Below are positions 22,345 through 34,723 of a stretch of DNA of 64,000 nucleotides, piece by piece; within the stretch, counting starts at the first letter, position 1, and every line of letters begins with the position of its first letter. Made by a program: the position numbers and the translations under genes. This stretch comes from Macrostomum lignano (taxonomy: Eukaryota), in contig NIVC01001223.1 in assembly GCA_002269645.1 (NCBI GenBank), positions 1 through 64,000 of the forward strand, read 5' to 3'. The notes beneath the pieces are model-generated. The model ran no database searches, was not told the origin of the DNA, and saw nothing but the letters and a program-made list of their open reading frames with translations.

Positions 22345-24397
22345 GCCTCCGGCTGTGCTCCCGACAGTCGCGAATTGGCGACGGTCTCCGCTGCCTCCGC
22401 TGTTGAATCGGCGTTGTCCTCATAGCCGGAGCCGCCGGTCGCCTGCGTGTCCGGCGTTTTGGCCGCGGCAAGCGGAGTTTGCTTGGCCCGGACGCGATCC
22501 GGGCGGTCCCGCGTCTCCTGCCGGTCACCGTCCGGTCTCTCAATCTGGTCTTTCCTAGACCGATTTTTCCGACTTTTTCGGGGGACCGAGTCCTGCTGCT
22601 CTGTCGCGGGCAGCTCTGGACGGTCTGGCCTGTCGGATCTGTCTGGTCTGTCGGATCTGTCTGGTCTGTCGGATCTGTCTGGTCTGTCGGATCTGTCTGG
22701 TCTGTCGGATCTGTCTGGTCTGTCGGATCTGTCTGGTCTTTCAGATCTGTCTGGTCTGTCGGATCTGTCTGGTCTTTCAGATCTGTCTGGTCTGTCGGAT
22801 CTGTCTGGTCTGTCGGATCTGTCTGGTCTGTCGGATCTGTCTGGTCTGTCGGATCTGTCTGGTCTGTCGGATCTGTCTGGTCTTTCAGATCTGTCTGGTC
22901 TGTCGGATCTGTCTGGTCTGTCGGATCTGTCTGGTCTGTCGGATCTGTCTGGTCTGTCGGATCTGTCTGGTCTTTCAGATCTGTCTGGTCTGTAGGATCT
23001 GTCTGGTCTCTCAGACCTGTCTGGCCTCTCAGACCGGTGCTTCCGACCTGTAGCATCTGGCGGATCCTGCCGGGCACGCATCTCAGACTTGAGAATTTTT
23101 GCTCCGCCACTGTCAAGCTCGTCGGCAGCGGGGCGCCTTCGCTTGCCAGACCTTTCCCGCCGCTGCTTGAGGGCCACCTCCGCTTCCGCCTCCGCCTCTG
23201 TCGAGTCCGCCCTCGACTCGCCCGATTCGTCAATGTCGGACTGTCTTCGACGCTTCGTCAGGCCCGTTGCTCCCGGAGTTGTCGACGTCGGCGGCAGCAC
23301 GGGAAAGGCGGCCCGGCGCAGGTTGAGGCTCTCGACCGAGCCGGCCTGGCGCACCGGCTGGGCGCCCGTGGAGTTCAGGTCCGGCACGCTGCGGTAGCTC
23401 CGGCCGCCGAGACCGCCGCCAACTGCTTCGCCAGCCTCGTCGTGGCCGCGACTTGCCGACGAGTCGCTTCGGGTCGCCCGCTCCTCTTCGTCCTCGTCGA
23501 ACTCGTCTTCGTCTCTGTCTGAGACGATGGACTCCGACTCCGCGGAAGATGTTGAACGACGCCGACGCTCTTCAAGGCGCTGCCGATGCCGCTGCAAATT
23601 GTGCAGCTGGCGCTGCCGCTGGTACTTCTGATAGGCCTCCTGGTCGGCCAGCTGGCTGCCGATGCTGCGCAGGACTCGCTTTGTCCGCTCCTGGGACGCC
23701 TCCGGGTTGTCCAGCGCTGGCAGGCGGTACTTGGCCGCTTTGCCGTAAGGATTCTGAGCAGCTGTTGGCTTCTTCTTCGACCGCTGAAATTGCGACTGCG
23801 AGTTCTGGTGCTGCTGCTGCTGCTGCTGCTGCTGCCGAGAGCTCGGGAAGTGCTGGACCAACGAGAATTCCGACGCCTGCATCGGAGTGAGGGAGTTCAG
23901 CGCCTTGGAGAAGCTCGGCTGCAGCGAGCGCACGCCGAGCCCGGAGGCGCCAGCCGGAGACTCAACCGGCAGCGAGCCAAAAGTCGCAGTGCCCAGCGGC
24001 CCGCCGCCCATCGTCGGCCTCTTCATGGCGGCCGCCTGGCCGATCGGCACGAAGGCCACCTCTCCGGGCTTCAGCAGCGACTTGGTAGGGGCAGCCTCCT
24101 GGCCGCCGGCGATGCGGACGTCGAACTGCTTGCCGGAGAACACGACAAGGACGTCCGTGTCCCGGCCGGTGACCCCTGGATGGAGGCCGCCGCCACCGCC
24201 TCCAGCTGCCGTAGAAGCCGCCGCAGCCGCCGCATTGCCGTCGCTGTAGTGTAATGCCGATGGCGCCGAGGCGCTGCCGCTTCCGCCGCCGTCGAAACCG
24301 CCGCCGATGCCGTCCAGCCGCTTCTTGGCCCGCTCGATGATCTCGCGCTCGAACTGCGGCCCGGCCACTGGGATGAGGTTGGTCTTCTTCACCGTCA
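22345..24397 (-). CDS. Probable 5' coding exon of the NWD2-like gene: low-complexity region with ~23 PDRSDR repeats
   Basis: 2-kb GC-rich open frame. Its donor GC|gtaagt (phase 2) joins in frame to acceptor cggcag|G at 21589. Acceptor ggttgcag|TG at 24397. It could instead be a separate gene. Confidence 0.7.
22618..23035 (-). repeat. Coding 18-bp minisatellite (PDRSDR)~23
   Basis: Plus-strand unit TCTGTCTGGTCTGTCGGA; frame-preserving within the 22345-24397 exon. Confidence 0.93.
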
Positions 24398-25134
24398 CTG
24401 CAACCAGGCGGTGGCCGTGGCCCCGTGGACAGGACATGAGCACTATGGGCAACAGTGAGAACACTGTTGTCTCCCAGAGACTTGCGCAGAGCTCTGACCC
24501 CGGCTCCGCTCCGCCAGCTTAAGACCCGCGGGATGCACAGCAGAGAAGCCCAACAGAGCGGCTTGGCCAAAGAGCAAAGAGAATTGTGGCTCTTCCCATT
24601 CACTCCCATTTTATTTCCCAATGTGACTTGGCGAGTTAAACATACAGTCTGCCCCCCGTCTGCTCTCCGCAGGCCCTACACTGGATGAAAGTCCACTCTC
24701 GGGGTTTTCTGTTCCCGCTTCAACCATTGATTGGCAGTTGAAGACACCTCCCTTTATACTTGCTCTTGTGGCAAATCAGCTGTGACTCAAGCTAAGCTAT
24801 GAGTAGGCTTAGTGTGTTTGTCTTCTACTTTATTCTTCTCCCCATCATCCCTCCCAGCGCATAGCAACCAGCTGTCACACCAGATGTGAGTCAATTCTTA
24901 AGACTGTAGCATCACCCGCCGTCACGCTGCGCTCAATGCTAGTTTTATTCCACTTTTTGCAAGCTAAACATGCGGGCCTCTTAAACGCGAAGATGGACCC
25001 GTTGGCCGCCTATGCCGGCCGGTGTTGTGTGCTTTGGCTGCGGCCGCAATTAAAAATAGCGGCTGTAATTAGTGCTGCCATTCTCTATCACCTGTTCTTG
25101 ACTAGAACAACTCCTTGAAACTCATTAACCTGTT

Positions 25135-26012
25135 CCAGCTATAGCTATCTACCTGCTCCAGCTGTAGCTTTCTACCTGTTCCAGCTGTAGCTTTCTACCT
25201 GCTCCAGCTGTAGCTATCTACCTGTTCCAGCTGTAGCTATCTACCTGTTCCAGCTGTAGCTATCTACCTGCTCCAGCTGTAGCTATCTACCTGTTCCAGC
25301 TGTAGCTATCTACCTGTTCCAGCTGTAGCTATCTACCTGCTCCAGCTGTAGCTATCTACCTGTTCCAGCTGTAGCTATCTACCTGTTCCAGCTGTAGTTA
25401 TCTACCTGCTCCAGCTGTAGCTATCTACCTGCTCCAGCTGTAGCTATATACCTGCTCCAGCTGTAGCTATCTACCTGTTCCAGCTGTAGCTATCTACCTG
25501 CTCCAGCTGTAGCTATCTACCTGCTCCAGCTGTAGCTATCTACCTGCTCCAGCTGTAGCTATCTACCTGTTCCAGCTGTAGCTATCTACCTGTTCCAGCT
25601 GTAATTATCTACCTGCTCCAGCTGTAGCTTTCTACCTGTTCCAGCTGTAGCCATCTACCTGTTCCAGCTGTAGCTATCTACCTGCTTCAGCTGTAGCTAT
25701 CTACCTGTTCCAGCTGTAGCCATCTACCTGTTCCAGCTGTAGCTATCTACCTGCTTCAGCTGTAGCTATCTACCTGTTCCAGCTGTAGCCATCTACCTGT
25801 TCCAGCTGTAGCCATCTACCTGTTCCAGCTGTAGCCATCTACCTGTTCCAGCTGTAGCCATCTACCTGTTCCAGCTGTAGCCATCTACCTGTTCCAGCTG
25901 TAGCTTTCTACCTGTTCCAGCTGTAGCTTTCTACCTGTTCCAGCTATAGCTATCTACCTGTTCCAGCTGTAGCTATCTACCTGCTCCAGCTGTAGCTATC
26001 TACCTGTTCCAG
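25135..26012. repeat. 23-bp minisatellite, ~38 copies
   Basis: Unit CTACCTGTTCCAGCTGTAGCTAT. Confidence 0.95.
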
Positions 26013-26078
26013 CCCTTCCAGTTCACCCCATTTACCCTAGCAACTGCGAACTTGACAATTCGTGTCCCAGTCCCTCAC

Positions 26079-26154
26079 CTGGCGGAGGCATGCCACTGAT
26101 GGAGACTTTCCACAGGCTCTTGGTCTGCGGGCGTGCCTTCGGTCCCATTTCCAT
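26079..26154 (-). CDS. Candidate first coding exon of the NWD2-like gene (MEMGPKARPQTKSLWKVSISGMPPP)
   Basis: ATG at 26154. The donor G|gtgagg (phase 1) matches the 24397 acceptor and gives a continuous 7920-nt CDS (2639 aa + stop). An out-of-frame upstream ATG is also present. Confidence 0.5.
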
Positions 26155-26739
26155 TAGTCGTCTGGAGTTGTTTGTTTGTTATTGTCATGGCGATTGCTTA
26201 TTCTTATTTAACACATAAAACTATTTAAAAGGTATGCGTAGTATTCATAGTGAACTTTATATATCCGTTATGATAGTGCGTATCATAGCAAAGTGTATGC
26301 GTTGGAGACATATTAATAAAAACAAAAACAATCCGGTAGTTCAATTGTCATATTCTATTAATAAATCTAGGACAATAAGTACAAAAAGCAGCACTTTCTA
26401 CTAACTTAGTAGTGCAGAAGGAAAGTAAGTAGAAAAAACATAATTTAGCTCTCTCTGGATAGTACCAAAGAGAAATGTTTGTAATAAAAATGAGTAAGTC
26501 TACCTGCTCAGAAACTGGCTAAAAGGCGATTAAAAAGAGTTTCATGTTTGTTGCCGCAGAAATGAATTGGTTCTGTCAAGAATACATAAGAAAATTGGTT
26601 TTGATTCTTGAGGTTCCAAATGTGCGGTGGGTTTCTAGAAATTGTGTGCCCAAACGGCTAATTGCATCCAGGTCATGCGCGGCATGATCAAAGCTGAGCT
26701 GGTCTGAAATCAATTTCTTCTTTTTTTCACATTACAAGA

Positions 26740-27220
26740 GTGTTTCTGTCCCTCTGTCCTTATCTAATTTGTGATTGAATGATTCATGGAGTGTTCTTAA
26801 AACTGTGTTTGTATCCCTCTACCCTTTTGTGATTGGCTGATTCGTTGGGGTGTTCTTGAAGCTGTGTTTGTGTCCCTCTACCCCTATCTTCTTTGTGATT
26901 GGCTGATTCATCGGGTGTTCTTAAAACTGTGTTTGTGTCCCTCTAGTCCTATCTTCTTTGTAATTGGCTGATTCATGGGGTGCTATTGTAGTTTTATTTG
27001 TGTCCCTCTACCCCTAACTCCTTTGTAATTGGCTGATTCTTGGGTTGCCATTGTAGTTGTACTTGTGTCCCTCTACCCATAACTCCTTTGTAATTGGCTG
27101 ATTCTTGGGTTGCCATTGTAGTTGTACTTGTGTCCCTCTACCCATAACTCCTTTGTAATTGGCTGCTTCATGGGGTGCTATTGTAGTTGTATTTGTGTCC
27201 CTCTACCCCAATCTCCTTTG
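26740..27220. repeat. Degenerate ~63-bp repeat, ~7 copies, six with ATTGGCTG (reverse CCAAT box)
   Basis: TGTCCCTCTACCC...TTTGTRATTGGCTGATTC...; divergence decreases rightwards. Confidence 0.8.
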
Positions 27221-28009
27221 CCGTTCGATGAACTACTATGTTTTACCTTTATTTCGCAAATAGTAAAACAACTGCAGAAATGAGGTCTTAATGCTAACTA
27301 TCAGAGTTTACCCCAGAGAAGAATACGTCAGAGAAGAGTGTTAAATTAAGAGTGACAATGGTTGTTCAGATCAGCAATTGATTTTGCCTTGGCAAGTCCT
27401 TGACAATGGAGGTGGGTGGTTTATGCATGACAACTGGGCTCGGAGCAGAACAAAGAGACAATAGAGAGAGCCCAGCTGTGCTTTCGTCAGTCAGTCAGTT
27501 CAACTGCCGAACTAACAATACAATAACTATAGCTACTACTGCTATAAATAGTACATGGCCGGCTGCCGGCGCGCGTGACGTTAAGAAATGTAAGCTGGCT
27601 ACGGACAAATAGAGTTAGTAATAAAGAAATAAGTAAAGCTGCCTGAGTAAGGTGTTATAAATTTATGCCAATAAAATTTGAGGAAATGTTTCGTGCCCGA
27701 CCTAGCGGTAGAGTCTGTTTGTTTCTCATCAGTGAGCAGCCTGCTCAGTAGTCATAGGCTGAGCAATGCTGGGCAGAGACTAGTTGCTATGCTTGAAATT
27801 AATTATAAAACTTTAAAACCAATTCTCTTACAATTACAGCGGCCAAGCGTCACACAACTAAAACTAATCCTTTGCTAATCTGCCAACACTCACCTGGAGA
27901 CACTGCGGCCTTTGTAAACTGCAAAAGTGTAGGGTAGATAACAAGGTACATGTATATTACATGATTAACTGTGGTTCTTAGGAACAAATGAATCACAAGA
28001 ATTTTTAGG

Positions 28010-28345
28010 GATCACAAGATTCAGGGATCACAATACTAAGGGATCACAAGACTCAGGGATCACATGACTCAGGGATCACAAGACTAAGGGCTCATAAGAC
28101 TAAGGGATCACAAGACTCAGGGATCACATGACTCAGGGATCACAAGACTCAGGGATCACAAGACTAAGGGATCATAAGACTCAGGGATCACATGACTCAG
28201 GGATCACAAGACTCAGGGATCACAAGACTCAGGGATCACATGACTCAGGGATCACAAGACTAAGGGATCATAAGACTAAGGGATCACAAGACTCAGGGAT
28301 CACAAGACTCAGGGATCACAAGACTCAGGGATTACAAGACTAAAA
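28010..28345. repeat. 16-bp minisatellite
   Basis: Unit GGGATCACAAGACTCA. Confidence 0.93.
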
Positions 28346-29509
28346 AATTAAGATTAATATAGAAGGTAACTAGCAGTGCATAAATGGGTCAAGAAATGCG
28401 AGGCCTTATTAACGGCATACGAAAGCAACATGCTTCCAGATGGTCAGCGGAAGTGTCCAGATGTACTTTTGAAAAGTCGCACCCAGTTTGGCAAGGAGAG
28501 AGAAGGAAAGAGTGAAACAGAGGCAGTGAGAAGAGAGTCCAGGTAAGCAATGTTGCCAAGTTTCGCCATTTTCAGCTCCCGCTTAGCCCGTGGGTGGTTG
28601 CCAGCCTCCCCGGCAACCTTCTCCTTCCTCATCTAAGCTCTCTCTACGCGTCGCTTTTTAATCAGCTTCTCCCAAAGCTTGGGCGCCCAGGAAAGAAAGA
28701 AAGGAAAGGAAAGGAAAGACTGGGAGACAACCGACGTGCGAGAGCTTGTAAAAGCAAGGCGACTGCGGGCAGAGACAGAAATGGCACTATTTTCCACCTT
28801 TCAGGTGCTGCTTGCTGCTTCTAGTGCGTTTAGAAAAAATCTAAAATATTTAATAATCAGTTGGCGGGAGTTTGTCCTTCCTCTGCCTGTCTCGGCGCCT
28901 CCTCTGGCGTCCCCAGCAACAGCGTCTCTACATCACGCAGGAGGCTGGGATGGGACCTTTTTTCCTCCCAATGGAGGGCTGCCGCCTTGTCGTCTATTGG
29001 TGCGCAGTCGATGTTTTCCTTTTAGCTTTCTTGGCTATGCAGGCCAAATCTGCGACTGTCCTGTTTCTCAGCTTGTTGTGCACTACTTTCGGAAATTTTC
29101 ACCTTTGATTTTGCTTTTAGCTTAATATTCGTAAATATATTCACTCCTGTAAAAAAAAGCCATTCGTTGAAATTAGCAATGGGGGCTAACTGAACCAGAA
29201 GGTCGCTAGAGAAAACACTGGCGAGATGGGAAGTACTCAGTTCCCCAATATTTCACCTTCTGGAAGCCAGTTGTGTGTTTTTAGACAGATTTTCCCCGGA
29301 CCGAATTTGTCTATGGTTAAACCAATTAATTCAGCAGCAAATCTTTGCAGAATCCGTCGAGCAAGAAAACATCGATAAAGTACATATGTACTTTGGCGCT
29401 AAATTACTCGTATAAATATAATTATATTGGTTGTTGCGCTAATAATAATAATCATCTATTGGCCTTAATGACATCTGTGTGATGACAGATCACGCAGATC
29501 ACACAGAGA

Positions 29510-29750
29510 GGGTTGTAGCCTAGTGGTAAAAGGGTTGGACTCACGACTTGAAGGTCCGGGGTTCGATTCCCGATCCCACTGGAATAATTTGTGTCCATTT
29601 AGCAAGAAACTTAACTCTCTGCTCAGCTGTAAAATGGGTGCCAGCAATTAAGGGTGTGCGTGGCGACCCCCACCCAATCCTTGGACTGAACAGCCGTTCT
29701 GAACAATAGCTGCGGCTGAGCTGTCGGTTGCACATCTGGCCGAATTGGGG
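29510..29750 (+). mobile_element. tRNA-derived SINE, family A, copy 3 (internal deletions)
   Basis: Same head, CAGCTGTAAAATGGGTGCCAGCA core and GCTGCGGCTGAGCTGTCGGTTGCACATCTGGCC tail. Confidence 0.85.
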
Positions 29751-31664
29751 AAGTGATCTATTTTTTATTGGCGTTTGTTTTCTTGCTATTTTTAAGACGA
29801 GCCACACTGCTCAGAATCCGTTTACTTTTTTGAAACTTTTTCCTTAACAAACTTTTTCCTTAAGTGCAGCATCCTTCATCCTTCAGTTGTCCATCAAAAG
29901 CAGCCTTCAAAACATTTTCCGAGAAACCGAGAAAGTGTCCCGACCTACTTCTAGCGGTCCTTGAGGGCATGGATGTGCTGATCAAAACAAATGACAATTT
30001 TGCTACTAAAGACAAAATCCCAGTTATATTCAATTGTTCAAAGCAAAGCTTTTGTTCGATAGAGGATTTTGAGATACTTAGTAAGTAGTATTCTAGTAAG
30101 AGTGTATTAGTGTTCAGAACGACAAATTATGGGTCAAACCTTTTCTGAGTATTTTTACTTCAATTCTCTCCTATTATGATAGTTCAGATGCACTTAAACC
30201 TCCTGGCTAAACCTATGTTGGTCATCACGCTCTAAAGTTGCTCAGATCGTGATCTGGCTTGCTTAAAATGCCTTATTCTGGCCTTGGCCAGAGGTAAACC
30301 AAACTCAGTCCCGGGATTTCAGCTGAATAATAACTGCTCAGAGCCTCCCATGCAGCAGCCTCAGCACTATCTACACACTGCCACACAAATTCTCCTTCTT
30401 TATAGTTTGCCAATCGCAAAATTTGAAGTTAGCATGCAAATCGGTTAAACAAAAAATGAACAGCATTTTGTGAATGAACTCAAGATCGCTTGCAACCTGC
30501 TGTCAAAAGCACTTTTCTGCAATAATTTTTGCAACCTGTTAGATCTGTTTCTGCAACAAGATTGTCTTTCTTTTATCCTATTTTTACAACAAAATGAAGA
30601 AAAGCACCGGTGGGATGCTGCACTGTACCGTGTCCGTTCGGGTACTGCAGTGTCATGCTGAAGGCTTATTAGTGAAGAAAAGTTTCGCTGCTCTCGCTGC
30701 TGCTTCTAAAAGCAATTGTCCCCGACGCTCAGTCAGACTCGCAGCGCTTTGGCCGTGTTGTCCTCTGCTGGCATGCGGGCGCGAGTCAGTAAGCTGTTGC
30801 TTGGCTTCTCTGCAGTTGAGTCTGTTGAGTTTGTCCGCTCTCGGTCAGTTGTATTTGAGGCAAAAAGTGACTTTAATCCTTCCCCAAATTCCCTCAGCTT
30901 GAGGGCCTGAGGAGGTGGCTGAGAGCTCCAACAAGAGGCGGCTGCAGAGCGAGCTGTGGTTGGCTGCAGCTCCGGGATTGGGGGGAGGGGGGTAGAAAAT
31001 GTCCGGGGGAAAACTTTGGGGCCCGCGGTGGCGAGTTGGCATGGCAACTAGATGAGAATGAGGCCCAAGTCAAACAGTCTTATCCCCTAATGCCTGCCCA
31101 CCCGCCTTGCCCTGCAGCTTCGCCCTGCCAGGCGCATTCAGGATTCAGGTTTGCGAGGCACAAATTTGGTGACAAATATAGAGATTAAAACTGAATTAAA
31201 ACTGCTTTGATATTCATGACAATCGTGGAAGTTTAGCAGCAGAACAGGCATGAATTAGAATAAAAAGTCAAAAGAGTTATTTAAAAGCTTCTCATGCAAG
31301 TGATGCACTGAGGCATTTCTTCTGCCAGTGCAGTACAAATCAATTTTATCAGCTTATCGATTCCGGACCAAATTCTGAGAGGACCAAATCCTTTTTTTCT
31401 CTTACCTCGGTTTTATCGCTGACTCAACGCGTAGGATGCCTAAATGAGCTCTGCAGCCGGTTTCACGCCTCAGAGCCAGATTCATCGGTGCTCCATCCTA
31501 TTAAGCCAATATGTTATAAAGTGCAAGACTCTTTTGTATTAATTTATAACATCGCCAAACTGCGCACCGATCTTCGTTTCTCTTAACTTTTTTATCTTCA
31601 AATGTGTCTAAAAATAAGTGATCTGAAAAAATAGAAAATGTCCATTTCTTAAGAGTATGCTCCA

Positions 31665-32910
31665 GCTAGTTTCGAAGAAAATCGATTGAGCCGTGTTTCT
31701 AAGAGTACGAGCGTATACTCCAGCTAGTTTCTAAGAAAATCGATTGAGCCGTGTTTCTAAGAGTATACTCCAGCTCGTTTCTAAGAAAATCGATTGAGCC
31801 GTGTTTCTAAGAGTATACTCCAGCTCGTTTCTAAGAAAATCGATTGAGCCGTGTTTTTAAGAGTATACTTCAGCTCGTTTCTAAGAAAATCGATTGAGTC
31901 GATTGAGCCGTGTTTTTAAGAGTATACTTCAGCTCGCTTCTAAGAAAATCGATTGAGTCGATTGAGCCGTGTTTTTAAGAGTATACTTCAGCTCGTTTCT
32001 AAGAAAATCGATTGAGCCATGTTTCTAAGAGTATACTCCAGCTAGTTTCTAAGAAAATCGATTGAGCCATGTTTCTAAGAGTATATACTCCAGCTCGTTT
32101 CTAAGAAAATCGATTGAGCCGTGTTTCTAAGAGTACGAGCGTATACTCCAGCTCGTTTCTAAGAAAATCGATTGAGCCGTGTTTCTAAGAGTATACTCCA
32201 GCTCGTTTCTAAGAAAATCGATTGAGCCATGTTTCTAAGAGTATACTCCAGCTCGTTTCTAAGAAAATCGATTGAGCCATGTTTCTAAGAGTACGAGCGT
32301 ATACTCCAGCTCGTTTCTAAGAAAATCGATTGAGCCGTGTTTCTAAGAGTATACTCCAGCTCGTTTCTAAGAAAATCGATTGAGCCGTGTTTCTAAGAGT
32401 ACGAGCGTATACTCCAGCTCGTTTCTAAGAAAATCGATTGAGCCGTGTTTCTAAGAGTACGAGCGTATACTCCAGCTCGTTTCTAAGAAAATCGATTGAG
32501 CCGTGTTTTTAAGAGTATATACTCCAGCTCGTTTCTAAGAAAATCGATTGAGCCGTGTTTTTAAGAGTATATACTCCAGCTCGTTTCTAAGAAAATCGAT
32601 TGAGCCGTGTTTTTAAGAGTATATACTTCAGCTCGTTTCTAAGAAAATCGATTGAGCCGTGTTTTTAAGAGTATACTCCAGCTCGTTTCTAAGAAAATCG
32701 ATTGAGCCGTGTTTCTAAGAGTATACTCCAGCTCGTTTCTAAGAAAATCGATTGAGCCGTGTTTCTAAGAGTATACTCCAGCTCGTTTCTAAGAAAATCG
32801 ATTGAGCCGTGTTTCTAAGAGTATACTCCAGCTCGTTTCTAAGAAAATCGATTGAGCCGTGTTTTTAAGAGTATACTTCAGCTAGTTTCTAAGAAAATCG
32901 ATTGAGCCGT
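31665..32910. repeat. 50-bp minisatellite, ~24 copies
   Basis: Unit CTAAGAAAATCGATTGAGCCGTGTTTCTAAGAGTATACTCCAGCTCGTTT. One dispersed partial unit at ~39510-39534. Confidence 0.95.
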
Positions 32911-34723
32911 TTTTCTACATGAATATTTCAGTTTTCCGTGTTTATAAACTGAACATATCTGTTGTGTAAGCGGCTTGTACGCCGGTTAGGGTTCTTGCGT
33001 TCTGATTGGCTGGGGGGGTGTCCATAGTCGTCTATGGGTAAAATAACTCTCAAAACAGCCAATTAAAGCGTGATAATAAAGTGTGTGATAATAAAGTCTT
33101 TGCATTGTTTTTCTATTTGACGATCCTAAAAACAATGCATTGTTTGTAGTAATGGATTGTTCTGCATTAAAAATGTGAATAATGATCGTCAAATTGCTAA
33201 ACAATGGTAGATTGCGTAGTAGGTAAGGGACTGAAATAATGGCCATAGACACTTGTGAGCTACGCGCACTCGTGTTTGGCCTTACCTAGGTCTTACCTTA
33301 CCTTACCTATTCATTCATCCATGTAGGTAGGCTGCAGCTTCCCACATGCATAGTTAGTCTAACTATTATAGACTTAATCGGGGAGGGGGGCGGCTGCGAT
33401 CCCACTGCAGTGCAGGAAATGTTTTCGCCCGGAAACTACAGTTGGGTCAAACAGCGAGCTCCCAGGCAGGAAACTGAGGGACTAAAAAGAGTCTTCTCAA
33501 TTCAAACACTGAATTCTCTGAGTGTATACTGTGTGATGAGGACCCAGGCAGCCTCCCCAGACTGAGGAAGCCAAGTCCAGGTTCGTGCTCAGAAACAATT
33601 AGCAGCGCTGGTCATGGGCAGTGAGTACAAGAAGCATCTGTAGCAGCGCCTCATCTCCTAACTCTCTCTCAATTCCTCCCAGCTCAGGAAGCCGCGAGTA
33701 GCCTGGTGTAAGGGGAAATAAGAAATCGAAGTTTTTCTTCTCCACACGCACTCACCGCTACATATGCATGGAGCAGTACACAGGTGTCAGGCTGCCTTTC
33801 TGAAGCTCTTTGGAAGAAATTGATGACTTACTTAAGTAGATCGTAATCGTGTGGAAGCTAAAAACATAAAACTGTTTCTTTAAGCTAACTCAGACTGCAG
33901 ACTAACTACTCAATCTATTCAGTAGCATGATGGGTATATTCCTTAAGCTATGACGGCAGTGAAACTGAGAAAATTTCAAGGCTATGGGGTCAAACTAAAA
34001 CTCGATTTTTAAAACAGCCGCCAGAGAAAGAAGCAGAGTCAAAAATCGATTTCTAAATGGGGGGAGCAGCGAGGGAGGCAACCCTTCTTGTTCAAAGTAT
34101 TTTATTATTGAAAGTGAAAGCGCAACGAAAAACAAGGGGATTTAATTGAGGGAAACAAGGAAGCTGAGAGTTGCGGGCCCTTTTGTTGCCACGAATTCAA
34201 CTAAATTTCACAAAGAAGCTTGGCTTTTTTGGCGGAGGCGCAGCGCTTGGCCGACAAACAAGTTAAATTCCAAACTGGCTCGGGTTTTCGACTGAGTGCG
34301 TTTTGCAGATTTTAAAGCATAGTGAAATTCTCACAGAGAAAATGTTAAAGAAACAGCTATATAGGTATTTAGAGAAGACAGGCGCAAAGTTGCTGGGCAA
34401 AGAGGGACCCAATACAATTTACCAACACTAGACTGTTGCTAAGAAAATCAATCAGACGGTTTGGGGGATTCAAAGAATAACAAGGGACAGACGGGAGGAC
34501 AATGAAGCGAAAGCGGCAAAATTAATTGTCTTGCTTAACTTTTTGCAGAAAACTCAAACGCTCAAACAAAGAACTAGCGTACGGAGATACCAAAAAGCAA
34601 ATCTAGACCGGTTGTGCCCGCTCGAGTGTTCGGCTTCCTTTTTAAACTGCATTGTTTAAGGACACTGAGTTATAGTCCACTTCTTTCTACCTTGTCGCTG
34701 TAATGAGCGACTCGATTTTGTCC

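Noticed and set aside
28440-30090. Exon-like plus-strand pieces, two encoding RKCPD(V/L)LL
   Set aside because: No consistent in-frame splice path was found (it would need a ~33-nt intron), and the motif repeat may be chance.
30733-31047. 104-aa minus-strand ORF in a GC-rich patch with a possible acceptor
   Set aside because: No ATG, no recognisable domain and no linked exon. It may be UTR or lncRNA.
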